NCBI GenBank assembly: GCA_963932905.1
Contig: CAWVRN010000001.1
Coordinates: 507,391 to 571,390 of the forward strand
Source: an uncultured Bdellovibrio sp.
GTDB lineage: Bacteria; Bdellovibrionota; Bdellovibrionia; Bdellovibrionales; Bdellovibrionaceae
DNA: 64,000 nucleotides
Direction: 5' to 3'
Part shown: positions 40,855 to 51,126 of the stretch, piece after piece
How positions within the stretch are numbered: the stretch's first letter is position 1
Layout: each line of letters begins with the position of its first letter
Made by a program: the position numbers and the translations under genes
Notes under the pieces: model-generated
The model's database searches: none
What the model was told of the DNA's origin: nothing
What the model saw: only the letters and a program-made list of their open reading frames with translations

Positions 40855-41814
40855 CTATACCAATGCGCCACCACAAGAGCTTCCGGCTCCGGCAGTGCAG
40901 GCGTAACAGTGGTTTGCAAAAGTAATTGGTTTATTTTCTAGTTCATTAAATGAATTCAAGTCCCATACTGTTTTTCGTCCAGCGCCAAGAGGCAGTTCGA
41001 GCATTTGATTGAAGTCGCAATCAAATATTTCACCGTCCCAAGCTACCGACACAAGACTTCGGCACATGATTCCCTTAGCTGCTGTGGGATTAAAACTATT
41101 TGCCAGTAACTCCATATATTCTGAGAGTTTGCCCGAGCGTTCGAGGTCTTTAAGAAAGCGTTTAATAGGCATATTTGTGATGGTGTATAGTTCATTAAAT
41201 TCGATATCAAACAACTCTTTCAGCTCAGCTTTATAATCCTGTTTTAATTTTTCCTGCGAGGGCGGCAAAAATGGACCCGTCGGATTGTAGACAAGATCCA
41301 GTTTCAGATTTGAATCTGTTTTTCCATATCCCAATTTATTGAAAAGCTTGAGCGCCTCGATACTTTTATCGAAAACACCTCGGCCACGTTGCTGTTCAAC
41401 ATTCTTTTTGGAATAACAAGGCAGCGAGGCCACAATATGAACTCCATTTTCTTTTAGAAAATAAGCGGTCTCTTCCTGACCTGGCTCGTAAAGAACCGTC
41501 AAATTACAGCGATCAATAACTTGTTTATTTAGCTTTCGGGCGGCAATAACTAAACGACGAAAATGTGGATTGAGTTCTGGTGCGCCACCCGTTAGATCAA
41601 CCGTGTGAATCGTCTCCGAATTCTCGAGAAGATCAATAATTCGATCGACAGTAGCTGACTCCATATTTTCAGTTCGCTTAGGACCAGCTTCAACATGGCA
41701 ATGATGGCAAGCCAAATTACACAGACGGCCAATATTTATTTGCAATATTTCAACAGGTGTCCGATTTAATTTTAGACCAGCTGTTGATAAAGATTCAGTA
41801 AATGTTTTCATCAC
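40855..41814 (-). CDS. arsS: Arsenosugar biosynthesis radical SAM protein (DUF3641)
   Basis: CNLACHHC, DLTGGAPE, ASLPCY, NMPIKRF, DCDFNQML, HCYACTAGAGSSCGGAL. Confidence 0.93.
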   Translation of the reverse strand: MMKTFTESLSTAGLKLNRTPVEILQINIGRLCNLACHHCHVEAGPKRTENMESATVDRIIDLLENSETIHTVDLTGGAPELNPHFRRLVIAARKLNKQVIDRCNLTVLYEPGQEETAYFLKENGVHIVASLPCYSKKNVEQQRGRGVFDKSIEALKLFNKLGYGKTDSNLKLDLVYNPTGPFLPPSQEKLKQDYKAELKELFDIEFNELYTITNMPIKRFLKDLERSGKLSEYMELLANSFNPTAAKGIMCRSLVSVAWDGEIFDCDFNQMLELPLGAGRKTVWDLNSFNELENKPITFANHCYACTAGAGSSCGGALV

Positions 41815-41928
41815 AAGACTCCTCTTGAAGCCGCAAAGGCCAAAAAGGACCTTGCCAATGAAATTGCTATAACCATGCGTCTATCCTTACTCTACATTCG
41901 AGCACTCGTATTTGTGCTATATTTGATA

Positions 41929-41955
41929 AGTGAAGAATTAGATCAATTTCTTACA
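41929..41955 (-). promoter_or_regulatory. ECF-type promoter P1 (arsS operon)
   Basis: TGTAAG-N17-CACTTATC. Confidence 0.7.
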
Positions 41956-41961
41956 AAAAAT

Positions 41962-41988
41962 CGTAAGAAAATTAAATGTAAGTACACT
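41962..41988 (+). promoter_or_regulatory. ECF-type promoter P2 (AhpD-like gene)
   Basis: CGTAAG-N17-CACT. Confidence 0.65.
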
Positions 41989-42011
41989 CACATGGGACAA
42001 GGAGCTGTCAA

Positions 42012-42485
42012 ATGAAGTTAAACGAAGTCTATAATCTTATTGAGGCCGAAAGAGGTGGTCTTGCTGCGATTCATACCTCTTTCTCAGAATTCCCAGAAGG
42101 AATTATGGCCCATTACCAATTCTACAAATCAATCATGCTGCAAGATGGGCTACCGCTTGAAAGAGCAGACAGGGAGTATTTGGCTGTGGAAGTAAGCAAA
42201 GCCAATGCATGTCCGTACTGCATCGCACATCATGCCGAAGCATTAAAAAACACCAAGACTAAGGTCGATAAACACAGGTCCCAGGTGCTTGCGTCACTTG
42301 CCGATACGTTAACAAGGACGCCATGGAAAACTTCGGTTTTACATTCTGAGTTTTTGGGAAATGGTTTTTCGGAAGGTCAATGGCAACATGCTATTATGGT
42401 CGTCTCATACTTCAACTTTGTTAACCGTTGTGCTCACGCGAAAGGCTTAGAGATAGAGTCTGACTATGAATCAACCTGTTTGTAA
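42012..42485 (+). CDS. AhpD/CMD-like peroxidase-related protein (YnjA-like)
   Basis: RE.LAV.VS..NACPYCIAHH, YFNFVNR. Confidence 0.85.
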   Translation: MKLNEVYNLIEAERGGLAAIHTSFSEFPEGIMAHYQFYKSIMLQDGLPLERADREYLAVEVSKANACPYCIAHHAEALKNTKTKVDKHRSQVLASLADTLTRTPWKTSVLHSEFLGNGFSEGQWQHAIMVVSYFNFVNRCAHAKGLEIESDYESTCL

Positions 42486-42518
42486 TGTATGGAAAACGAT
42501 ATCTCAAACTATAATTCA

Positions 42519-43148
42519 TCATTCAATTAAAACTTTATGGGAATCAACGGGTACATCCTCGACATCATGGGTTACGATTATGCAGGGAATTGCTCGTTGT
42601 TTCATTTCCATAAAAACTAGATCACGAAAATTCACCCTTAACGACTTATCCAGTTTCGAAAATGGCTCATCCAACAAGATCAATTCGGGGTTTGACAAAA
42701 CTGCCCTTAATACGCTGACTCGTGAACGTTGGCCACCAGACAATGTGGATGGCATACGATCAAAAAAATTAACCAGACCTGCATCTTTTAATGACTTTTC
42801 AATAATTAATTTTCGAGCCAATCGTTCTCGCGGTTCTTTCATGCCAAACAATAAATTTTCTCCAACACTAAAATGTGGAAACAGTAAATCATCTTGGTAA
42901 AGAATGCCGACTTTGCGCTTCGAAATTTCTAGCAGATCAATTCTTTTATCCTCCAGATAAAGCTCTCCAGACGCTTGAATTGTCGGAGCCAAGGACCCAA
43001 CAATATAGCTAAGCAAGCTACTTTTTCCGCTACCACTGGCTCCCATCACAGCCAATACTTCACCAGGTTTTACTTCAAATGAGAGATTTTGAAAAAGTGA
43101 TTTATCCTTTATGCTTATTGAAACATTGATAGCTCTAAATACCGACAT
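42519..43148 (-). CDS. ABC ATPase, YnjD-like
   Basis: GASGSGKS, QDDLLFPH, LSGGQ, LLDEPFSKLD, VTHD. Confidence 0.9.
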   Translation of the reverse strand: MSVFRAINVSISIKDKSLFQNLSFEVKPGEVLAVMGASGSGKSSLLSYIVGSLAPTIQASGELYLEDKRIDLLEISKRKVGILYQDDLLFPHFSVGENLLFGMKEPRERLARKLIIEKSLKDAGLVNFFDRMPSTLSGGQRSRVSVLRAVLSNPELILLDEPFSKLDKSLRVNFRDLVFMEMKQRAIPCIIVTHDVEDVPVDSHKVLIE

Positions 43149-44741
43149 TTAAACCTTCTCTTTCGCAAGTTTTCCGGAAACAAAAAATACAATGGCTGGA
43201 ATTAAAATTTGTAGGATTCCGAAGACACCCATCCACTTTCTGTTTTCTCCACTAGCAGCAACGACCATTTGTGTCGTTAAAGTTTCAACTCGACCGCCTC
43301 CGATGAAAACAGTGGGTAAGTATTGAGCTATACTGACCGCAAATCCGACTGAAAACGCTGTAAGAATCCCACTCAGTAACATACGAACTCTAATAGTAAG
43401 AAAAAACTTTAAAACACTTTGCCCAAGGCTTAAAGAAGTGACTTTGTATCGTTCATCAAACTTCATAAATTGGCTTTTCAAAATAATAAACACATAAGGA
43501 AAAACCAAGAGCAAGTGAACATAAAACACTGCTACTAACGAGCTTGGTTTAAAGCTTGAGGATAGAAACACATCAAATCCAAATAATAAAGGAACGATAG
43601 GAAAAACTGGTACAAATAAAATAGGAATCATTAGCCAATCTTTAGTCGCCCTTCTGTCCCACTCAAGCCATATCAATCCCACACAAGTCGCCATCATACT
43701 TGATAAAAATGCCAAGATGACTGTTGTCGATATTTGAGAGAAAATACTTTTTATACCATAAACGAAATTTTCATATGTGAAACTCGAAGGAATGATATTA
43801 GGAAAAACCCATTCGTCTGCAACTGCCCATAAACCAAGAACCACTAAAGGTACAAATAGAAGAAAAAAATAAAATCCCAGAATAGTTTTCCGAAAACAAA
43901 TAGACTCAGACCTAATTGGCCACCTTAAGCGAATCTTCAACGCAAAAGAGAAAACCTTGCCGATTAATTCCCAAATTAAAATGACTAAAACCAGCATAAC
44001 TAAAATGTGTAAGCTTCCCAAAACACTTTTCATTTGGTTATCCACATCTGCACTCTGAAAAAACTCCCACAAAACAACGGAAAATGGTGGTGGATTTGTG
44101 GGAGCTAAAACCATTGCCAAATCAACAACACTGAGCGAATAAGCAATTACAATCCATATCGGATAGCGCAGTGACTGCAATAGCCTGGGCCATAGAACAT
44201 AACTCCAATATGTAAAGTCAGTATGACCAAAGCTTTGTGAAACAATCAATTCTGGTTCATTTTTTTTATCAGTTATTGACGGCAGCAAAACAAAAACTAA
44301 AAATAGACTTTCCTTAAGCGCAAGCGTGAGTGAAAAACTCAATGCCCAAGGATCTCGATCCATTCCATAAAATGGAATATCAGAAAAAATTGACCAAACT
44401 CTTGAAAGAAGACCCGATGGTGAAATTAAAAAAAGAACGCCAGAAAAAAACGCCAAATGTGGAACAGATAGAAAAAAGGAAATAAATCGCTGAGGGTTGT
44501 GATTTCGAAAACTAAATATTGCATAGCCGACAAAAAAAGAAATTAAAACACCCACAACAGTGCTCACGACTCCTACTGAAAGAGATACAAGACTTGCCGC
44601 CTTTAAATAGGGTGTCCAGTAGGTTGCCAGCGCCTGGGGATCAGAAAATAAATGAATCACAGAGCCAGAGAAATAAAATAATGATGCAAACAATGGAAGA
44701 AAAAATATAATTAGCACTGATAACCGTGAAAAAGTCCGCAT
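43149..44741 (-). CDS. ABC permease, YnjC-like
   Basis: Two permease halves; VPHLAF, YSLSVVD, PTNPP, FAVSIAQYLPT. Confidence 0.85.
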   Translation of the reverse strand: MRTFSRLSVLIIFFLPLFASLFYFSGSVIHLFSDPQALATYWTPYLKAASLVSLSVGVVSTVVGVLISFFVGYAIFSFRNHNPQRFISFFLSVPHLAFFSGVLFLISPSGLLSRVWSIFSDIPFYGMDRDPWALSFSLTLALKESLFLVFVLLPSITDKKNEPELIVSQSFGHTDFTYWSYVLWPRLLQSLRYPIWIVIAYSLSVVDLAMVLAPTNPPPFSVVLWEFFQSADVDNQMKSVLGSLHILVMLVLVILIWELIGKVFSFALKIRLRWPIRSESICFRKTILGFYFFLLFVPLVVLGLWAVADEWVFPNIIPSSFTYENFVYGIKSIFSQISTTVILAFLSSMMATCVGLIWLEWDRRATKDWLMIPILFVPVFPIVPLLFGFDVFLSSSFKPSSLVAVFYVHLLLVFPYVFIILKSQFMKFDERYKVTSLSLGQSVLKFFLTIRVRMLLSGILTAFSVGFAVSIAQYLPTVFIGGGRVETLTTQMVVAASGENRKWMGVFGILQILIPAIVFFVSGKLAKEKV

Positions 44742-45871
44742 TAATCTTTCGTTCCAGTCCCGTACCGCTTAAGCCATTCATCTTGAAGATACTTGACCCA
44801 GCAAGCATGTGGTTCTGGGATAAGAGGCCCCTTTAAGACTTTTAACGGAAATTTAGAACGATCAGATTCACTGAGCTTTCCTATGTCGAGCACAGTCGGG
44901 TCGCCCCAGAGATCAATATCAGATTTGGAAATTTGAGCTTGGATTGAAATTAGGTGATTTATCCAAAGTAGCGCAGCGTCCTTATTCTTTGCATTAAAAG
45001 GAATCGACAAAAAGTGAACGTTTCCGATACCACCTTTCTTAAATGTTAGTGACTCAGAATTTTTTGGAATTTCCTTTTTCTTTACCAATGAATCCGACTC
45101 CATCGGATTAAAACTCAACGAATATAATATTTCTTTATCTAAAAGCATTTGATGCATTTTTTGTACTGAAAGTGGAAACGCAGTTCCCTTGCGCCATAAT
45201 TGGGGGTGAAATTTATCCAAATAGGTCCATAGCGGCTTTGATAATTTTTCCATGTCGACATTATCACAGGATTTCTGAAACTCTTGATGTTTCTTAGATA
45301 AATCCATAAGTATTTGCTTCAAAAAAGTAACGCCATGAAATTGCGGAGGTTTGACATAAGTCATCTTACCTGGTGTCTTTTTAGCCAATTCTAGAAGTTC
45401 CAAAGCTGATGTCGGAAGTGATGAAGTACGGTCTTTATCCCAAATAAAAACAAATTGGGCTTTTCCCCATGGAATTTCAAATCCCTCGACGGGTACATTG
45501 AAATCAAACTTATAGTCGGGATCTTCAGAATTAATGTTTTTGTAATTTGCAACTTTGGTAGAAATTGGTCCGAAAAGCAGTCCTTGATTTTTTAGCGCCG
45601 CAAAGTTTTCACCATTGACCCAGAGAACATCGACAGAACCTTGACTTAGGTTTTTGGCGGATTTTTCTGCTGCAATTTTTTTTATGACCGGTTGGTAGTC
45701 TGACACCTTTACATGAATAACTTTGATCCCAGTTGATTTTTCAAATTCGGCGCTTTGATTTTGAATGTACTGGTTAATTTTCTCGTTACCTGCCCAGGCA
45801 TTAAAGTAGACAACTTTTTCGGCAGCAAAAATATTTAAAGATAAAAAAATTAAAAAAAATAGAAAATGCAT
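44741..45871 (-). CDS. ABC substrate-binding protein, YnjB-like
   Basis: VYFNAWAG, WVNGENF, PWGKAQF, GNVHFLSIPFNA, WGDPTV. Confidence 0.88.
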   Translation of the reverse strand: MHFLFFLIFLSLNIFAAEKVVYFNAWAGNEKINQYIQNQSAEFEKSTGIKVIHVKVSDYQPVIKKIAAEKSAKNLSQGSVDVLWVNGENFAALKNQGLLFGPISTKVANYKNINSEDPDYKFDFNVPVEGFEIPWGKAQFVFIWDKDRTSSLPTSALELLELAKKTPGKMTYVKPPQFHGVTFLKQILMDLSKKHQEFQKSCDNVDMEKLSKPLWTYLDKFHPQLWRKGTAFPLSVQKMHQMLLDKEILYSLSFNPMESDSLVKKKEIPKNSESLTFKKGGIGNVHFLSIPFNAKNKDAALLWINHLISIQAQISKSDIDLWGDPTVLDIGKLSESDRSKFPLKVLKGPLIPEPHACWVKYLQDEWLKRYGTGTKD

Positions 45872-45872
45872 T

Positions 45873-46469
45873 TTACAACTCTCTTTTTGCTAAAATTAAC
45901 CGTGCTATAACAGTGACAATCAGAATTAAAATCCAAACGCGGGCTAAGAATATAATATATTCCGGAAAAATGAGAAACAGCGTATAGGCAATTCCAGTTT
46001 CGCCACCTTCAGCGATCCCAGACGCTAGTCGAAGTCCGCGATTGTTTTGAGTTGGAATATTCATTTTATCTTGCAGATTACCTAATGACAAAGCTCCCGT
46101 GATACAAAGTACATAAAGCAAAAGTATAATGGACCACAAACTTTGTAATTCCGGAAATGCAAAGTTAAAGCCGATAATCATTGCGGAGTAGGCAGCCATA
46201 TCAGATAAAATATCAAGTTGAGCACCAAAGTGACTACTTTGATTCGTTTTTCGAGCATAAATTCCATCGGTACCATCTAAAAGTCTTCCGAGCCACCAAA
46301 CTGCAATAGCCGGCACGAACATTTCTCTTGCGACAAGGAAGGCTGCGATAATTCCAAATCCTAATCCCAAAAGGGTCACAGAATTTGGAGTCAATCCTAG
46401 CGCTTTATAAAGCCGAAGCAGTGGATCAACGAATTTTGGTAGTTTTGCGCGAAATGGTTCATCAATCAT
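45873..46469 (-). CDS. CDP-alcohol phosphatidyltransferase, YnjF-like
   Basis: TPNSVT, DGTDGIYAR..S.FGA.LD..SD, EGGET. Confidence 0.9.
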   Translation of the reverse strand: MIDEPFRAKLPKFVDPLLRLYKALGLTPNSVTLLGLGFGIIAAFLVAREMFVPAIAVWWLGRLLDGTDGIYARKTNQSSHFGAQLDILSDMAAYSAMIIGFNFAFPELQSLWSIILLLYVLCITGALSLGNLQDKMNIPTQNNRGLRLASGIAEGGETGIAYTLFLIFPEYIIFLARVWILILIVTVIARLILAKREL

Positions 46470-46552
46470 AATTAAATCCTACAGAAAACTAAATCATAAC
46501 ACCATCGGCGTGACAATAGAAACACCGACTCGCAGCGCGAGCAAATCAGCTT

Positions 46553-48700
46553 CTAGGTTCTTCGCCACGCATGGAACTTCCTTAAAATATTTAGAGCAAA
46601 CTGCGGCGCGTTTTGTTTTTTCCAAACGCCTGCGGCGTATTTATTGGCCTCACTCAATGTGGGATAAATATGAATTGTCCCAAGTATTTTATTAAGTCCC
46701 AACCCATACTTCATAGCTGTTACGTATTCGGCAATGATGTCGCCTGCGTGATGACCGACAATTGTGACACCTAGAATTCGATCACTTCCAGGAACAGTGA
46801 GCACTTTGACAAATCCGTGGGCTTCGCTGTCAGCAATGGCCCGATCAAGGTCATCTATTCCGTACTTCGTCATCTCAAAATCAATATTTTTTTCTTTTGC
46901 TTCAATTTCGTTAAGTCCAACTCGTGCAACTTCAGGATCGGTGAATGTGCACCAAGGGATTACTCGGTAATCCACTTTGAAGGATTTAAAGGGACTGAAC
47001 AGTGCATTCACTGCCACATACCAAGCTTGGTGAGCTGCTGTGTGAGTAAATTGATACGGTCCCGTGACATCGCCACAAACATAAATATTTGGAAAATTGG
47101 TTGTCCGTAAAAATTCATCCGCGATAACAGCTCCTCGTCCAGATATCTCAACACCAAGTTCTTCCAACCCAAATCCGGTCACGTTAGCGCGTCGACCCAA
47201 CGCTAATAAAATTTGATCAAACTCAATGGCAACTTCTTTTCCAGCTGTTTCACAAATTAATCGCGTCAAGCCCGAGGTACTCTCAATTCGAAGGGCCTTG
47301 TGAGATGTTAAAACTTGTACGCCTTCATTTCGAAAAGAGTCTGTCACGACTTCAGACACATCGACATCTTCCCTAGCCATAATTCGATTCGACATTTCTA
47401 CTAAAGTGACATGAGTTCCAAGCCGAGCAAAAGACTGCGCTAACTCACAGCCGATGGGGCCACCACCTAATACAACGAGTTTCTTAGGTTGCTCGCGAAG
47501 ATTCCAAATATTGTCCGAAGTGAGCGGCCTAATTAATTCGAGGCCCGGGATCTTGGGAACAAGTGGTCGTGCGCCCGTCGCAACGACAATATTTTTTGTC
47601 GTCAATACTTTCCCATTCACCTTCACTTCATAGGGCGAGAGAATTTGCGCTTCACCCGTGATGCATTCGACGCCAAGACTTGAGTAACGTTCTATGGAAT
47701 CATGTGGTTCGATTTCTTGAATTACTTTTTGAACTCGCTCCATAACTTTTGAAAACTGAAGCTTGGAGGCTATGGGCTCCAATCCAAATTCTCTGGATCG
47801 TCGAAAATAATTATATATTTTCGACGTCCGAATGAGGGCTTTACTTGGAACGCACCCTGTATTGAGGCAATCGCCGCCCATTTTGTGCTTTTCAATCAGA
47901 GCGACTTTGGCTTTCACCGCTGACGCAATATAAGCAGAGACAAGTCCGGCAGAACCGCCGCCAATTACAACCATGTTATATTCGAACTTTGATGGTTTTT
48001 TATATTTTCGAAGATGTTTTCGTGATTTGAAATATCCAATCAACCATTTCGAAAGAAGTGGCAAAATTCCAAGAAGTGAAAATGAAATCAAAAGACCGGG
48101 ACTTAAAATTCCTTTAAGGCTATCAATTTTTGAGATTTCGGTTCCTGCATTAACATAGACAAACGTACCCGGTATCATCCCAATTTGACTAACTAAAATA
48201 AACCTCCACACAGAAAGTTGAGTCAGACCCATGACAAGGTTCACTAGAAAAAAGGGAAACGCTGGAATAAGTCTCAATGTGAATAAATAGAATGATCCTT
48301 CATTTTTTAACCCTTGATTGATCGCGCTCATTCGTTCCCGAAAACGACGTTCGGCAGATTGTCTAAACAGATATCGCGCGCCCAAGAATGAAAGTGTCGC
48401 CCCTAGTGTGGAGGCTACTGAGGCTATGATTGTACCATAAAACAGTCCGAATATTGCTCCAGATGCTAAAGTTAAGATCGTTGCACCCGGGATCGAAAGG
48501 GCCGTCACGATGACATACCCAAGACCAAAAATGAGGCTTACCAAAATAGGATGGTTTGAAAATTGAGCGTTCAAAAGCTCCTGATTCTTTTTTAGGCTAG
48601 CTAGCGTCAAATATGATCCGGCGCCAGTCGTAAAGTAAATAGTAACTAGCAACAGAATCAATGCTACTAAAAGGAATCTCATATTGATATGTCGCCGCAT
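46553..48700 (-). CDS. TVP38/DedA membrane domain fused to MerA/Lpd-like FAD disulfide oxidoreductase
   Basis: LRLIPAFPFFLVN VTT motif; GGGSAG, GGDCLNTGCVPSK, GGGPIG, HIYPT. Confidence 0.9.
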   Translation of the reverse strand: MRRHINMRFLLVALILLLVTIYFTTGAGSYLTLASLKKNQELLNAQFSNHPILVSLIFGLGYVIVTALSIPGATILTLASGAIFGLFYGTIIASVASTLGATLSFLGARYLFRQSAERRFRERMSAINQGLKNEGSFYLFTLRLIPAFPFFLVNLVMGLTQLSVWRFILVSQIGMIPGTFVYVNAGTEISKIDSLKGILSPGLLISFSLLGILPLLSKWLIGYFKSRKHLRKYKKPSKFEYNMVVIGGGSAGLVSAYIASAVKAKVALIEKHKMGGDCLNTGCVPSKALIRTSKIYNYFRRSREFGLEPIASKLQFSKVMERVQKVIQEIEPHDSIERYSSLGVECITGEAQILSPYEVKVNGKVLTTKNIVVATGARPLVPKIPGLELIRPLTSDNIWNLREQPKKLVVLGGGPIGCELAQSFARLGTHVTLVEMSNRIMAREDVDVSEVVTDSFRNEGVQVLTSHKALRIESTSGLTRLICETAGKEVAIEFDQILLALGRRANVTGFGLEELGVEISGRGAVIADEFLRTTNFPNIYVCGDVTGPYQFTHTAAHQAWYVAVNALFSPFKSFKVDYRVIPWCTFTDPEVARVGLNEIEAKEKNIDFEMTKYGIDDLDRAIADSEAHGFVKVLTVPGSDRILGVTIVGHHAGDIIAEYVTAMKYGLGLNKILGTIHIYPTLSEANKYAAGVWKKQNAPQFALNILRKFHAWRRT

Positions 48701-48721
48701 AAATTCTCCTCGAGATCTATT

Positions 48722-48748
48722 AGTGACAAAGGACCTTCAAAACTTACA
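48722..48748 (-). promoter_or_regulatory. ECF-type promoter P3 (reductase-ynj operon)
   Basis: TGTAAG-N17-CACTAATAG. Confidence 0.7.
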
Positions 48749-48818
48749 CTTTGCCCCGTATTTTTTAATATGTAAACATTTGGTCAGTGCGTATCAGTGA
48801 GTAGCTGGTGACTTAAAG

Positions 48819-48845
48819 TGTAAGAATTCGAGTCTAAATTTCACT
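48819..48845 (+). promoter_or_regulatory. ECF-type promoter P4 (DUF547 operon)
   Basis: TGTAAG-N17-CACTTATC. Confidence 0.7.
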
Positions 48846-48888
48846 TATCAGATCAGATGCCATTCATAGCCCGAACGAGGTATTAGTT

Positions 48889-49665
48889 ATGATCAATTCA
48901 ATAAAATCAGTATTTTTAGCAGGCACCTTTGCTCTTTTTGGGTGGAATCAAGCCATGGCCTTTGATCACAGTCATAGTGGTTGGAATGAAATCGTAAAGA
49001 GATCAGTAACCTGGACTCATTCAGCATCAGCGGTGAATTATAAAGATCTTAAGTTAAATTCTAAAGCCCTCGATCAATATCTTAAAGAACTTTCCAACGT
49101 TAAGAGTTCCGATTTTGAACGTTGGACTCGCGACCAACAGCTCGCATTTTTAATCAATGCGTACAATGCATGGACCGTAAAATTGATTCTAGAAAACTAT
49201 CCAGTGAAATCAATCAAGGACATTGGTGGGATCTTTTCAAGTCCCTGGAAGCAGAAATTCTTTAAACTTTTCGATGCAGAAACCAGTCTTGATTGGATCG
49301 AGCATGAAAAAGTGAGGCCCACGTACAAAGAGCCCCGAATTCATTTTGCCCTTGTATGCGCTTCTATTGGATGCCCCGGACTTCGCGCTGAGGCCTTCGT
49401 AGCTGAGAAATTGAATCAACAACTTGATGATTCCACAAAGCAATTTTTAAATGATTCTTCAAGAAATCATTATGACCTAGCAAATAAAGAATTAGCCTTA
49501 AGCTCCATCTTCAAGTGGTATAAAGACGACTTTGTGAAAGCAAAAGGCTCTGTCCAAGCTTTTATTTTTCCTTATATGGAATCACTCAAAAGTGAGAATT
49601 TAAGTTCCGTTCAAAAGTTTTCCATCAAATATCTAGAATACAACTGGTCTTTAAATGAAAAGTAA
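48889..49665 (+). CDS. DUF547 exported protein
   Basis: AFLINAYNA, EPRIHFALVCASIGCP, LSSIFKWY..DF, YNWSLN. Confidence 0.9.
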   Translation: MINSIKSVFLAGTFALFGWNQAMAFDHSHSGWNEIVKRSVTWTHSASAVNYKDLKLNSKALDQYLKELSNVKSSDFERWTRDQQLAFLINAYNAWTVKLILENYPVKSIKDIGGIFSSPWKQKFFKLFDAETSLDWIEHEKVRPTYKEPRIHFALVCASIGCPGLRAEAFVAEKLNQQLDDSTKQFLNDSSRNHYDLANKELALSSIFKWYKDDFVKAKGSVQAFIFPYMESLKSENLSSVQKFSIKYLEYNWSLNEK

Positions 49666-50734
49666 AACCGTAGTTCTAGTTGGAAGTGGTCACGCTCATC
49701 TTGAAATATTAAAAGCACTGACGTTTAAAGAGATTGTAGATCACCGATTTATTCTCATATCGCCAAGTCGCCAGACCTACTATTCCGGCTTAATCCCGTG
49801 CCTCATTAAGGGAGAAATCGAAGAGAGAGGTTTAACAATCAATTCTGCGGATTTTGCAGAATCTAAAGGATTTAAATTTATTCAAGACGAAGTTCAATCG
49901 GTGGATCAAACAAACAAAGCATTGACATTGAAGTCAGGTGATAAAATAGATTTTGATTTGCTGTCGATCAACGTCGGTGGGACTCCGACTTTAATCCCAT
50001 CAGATGCTCCTTTCAAAACAGTCTATTTGCGGCCATTCGATGAATTCATGCCGAAATGGAGGGAAGTTCAAAGAATTTGTAGTGCCTGCGTAAATCCTAG
50101 ATTTGTCGTTGTGGGTGGTGGGGCTGCAGCCGTGGAAGTTGCGGCCAGCCTAAGAATACGACTTAATAAAAATCAGGCAAAAAATAGCGAAGTTCATATA
50201 GTATCTAAAGGCGCAAGGCTCTGCGAGAACTACTCCGAAAAAATTTCGGAACAAATCAAACAATCACTTTTAAAAAGAGGTATCAAAATTCATCTCAATG
50301 AACCAGTGAGCCAAATTCATCAAAAGACCATCATGTTACGTCAGAGTGGAGATTTACAGTTCGATTCCATTTTTATAGTCACACCCACGCAGCCATCCGA
50401 AATATTCTCTGGGAAAATGGATTCTAAACTGCGACTATCTCGATGTATCTTCGCAGCCGGAGATGGAACTGAAATGGCCGATTATCCAAATCTTCCTAGA
50501 TCCGGGGTAATCGCCGTTCATCAAGGGCGTCATCTTGTCAAAAACATCAGAAATTCACTACTAGATTTAGAGCTGTTTGACTTCAAATTTAGAGTTAAGC
50601 ACCTTAATATACTCATCACCGGAGAAAATTCAGCCCTCCTCGTGTGGGGAAATTTTAGCTTAGAAGGCAAGTGGCCACTTAGACTCAAAAATTGGATAGA
50701 TCAGCGGTATATTTCGAGCTTTGAAAAGAATTAA
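49655..50734 (+). CDS. FAD-dependent oxidoreductase (similar to N-terminal domain of SelD fusions)
   Basis: VLVGSGHAH, YSGLIP, VGGGAAAVE, FAAGD, PRSGVIAVHQG, LKNWIDQRY. Confidence 0.8.
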   Translation: MKSKTVVLVGSGHAHLEILKALTFKEIVDHRFILISPSRQTYYSGLIPCLIKGEIEERGLTINSADFAESKGFKFIQDEVQSVDQTNKALTLKSGDKIDFDLLSINVGGTPTLIPSDAPFKTVYLRPFDEFMPKWREVQRICSACVNPRFVVVGGGAAAVEVAASLRIRLNKNQAKNSEVHIVSKGARLCENYSEKISEQIKQSLLKRGIKIHLNEPVSQIHQKTIMLRQSGDLQFDSIFIVTPTQPSEIFSGKMDSKLRLSRCIFAAGDGTEMADYPNLPRSGVIAVHQGRHLVKNIRNSLLDLELFDFKFRVKHLNILITGENSALLVWGNFSLEGKWPLRLKNWIDQRYISSFEKN

Positions 50735-50763
50735 TAATGCGGCGATTGCCAGTGTTTCATCAA

Positions 50764-51012
50764 TTATTTTAATACCAACTCTCCAGATTCGATTTTAGAT
50801 ATCATATCAGTGTAGCCACCAACGAACAGATCATTCACAAAGATAAGGGGCACTGTTCTGTGTCCGGTTTTCTCTTTGATTTTGTCAATTTCGGAAAACT
50901 TATTCGTAAGATCAATTTCATCAAAATCTAGTCCATTCTCTGCAAAATATGATTTCGCTCGGACACAATAGGGACAAAACTTTGTAGAATAGATTTTAAT
51001 TTTTGATTTCAT
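50764..51012 (-). CDS. grxC: Glutaredoxin 3-like
   Basis: CPYC, TVPLIF, VGGY. Confidence 0.88.
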   Translation of the reverse strand: MKSKIKIYSTKFCPYCVRAKSYFAENGLDFDEIDLTNKFSEIDKIKEKTGHRTVPLIFVNDLFVGGYTDMISKIESGELVLK

Positions 51013-51126
51013 AGAATCTCCTGGGAGGATAGAAGTAATTCACTATTTTTTGCTTCACTTAAAATCGGAAAATTCAAGATTTAATGATGTTTCAGTAACG
51101 TGATTTAGATAGTTGCCATGCTTTAT

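Noticed and set aside
39780..42485. Selenocysteine recoding in ArsS, ArsM or the AhpD-like protein
   Set aside because: The relevant positions are ordinary Cys codons and the frames are open without internal TGA.
46553..48700. Mercuric reductase merA
   Set aside because: No C-terminal CC pair or NmerA domain, no mer genes nearby, and it is a DedA fusion.
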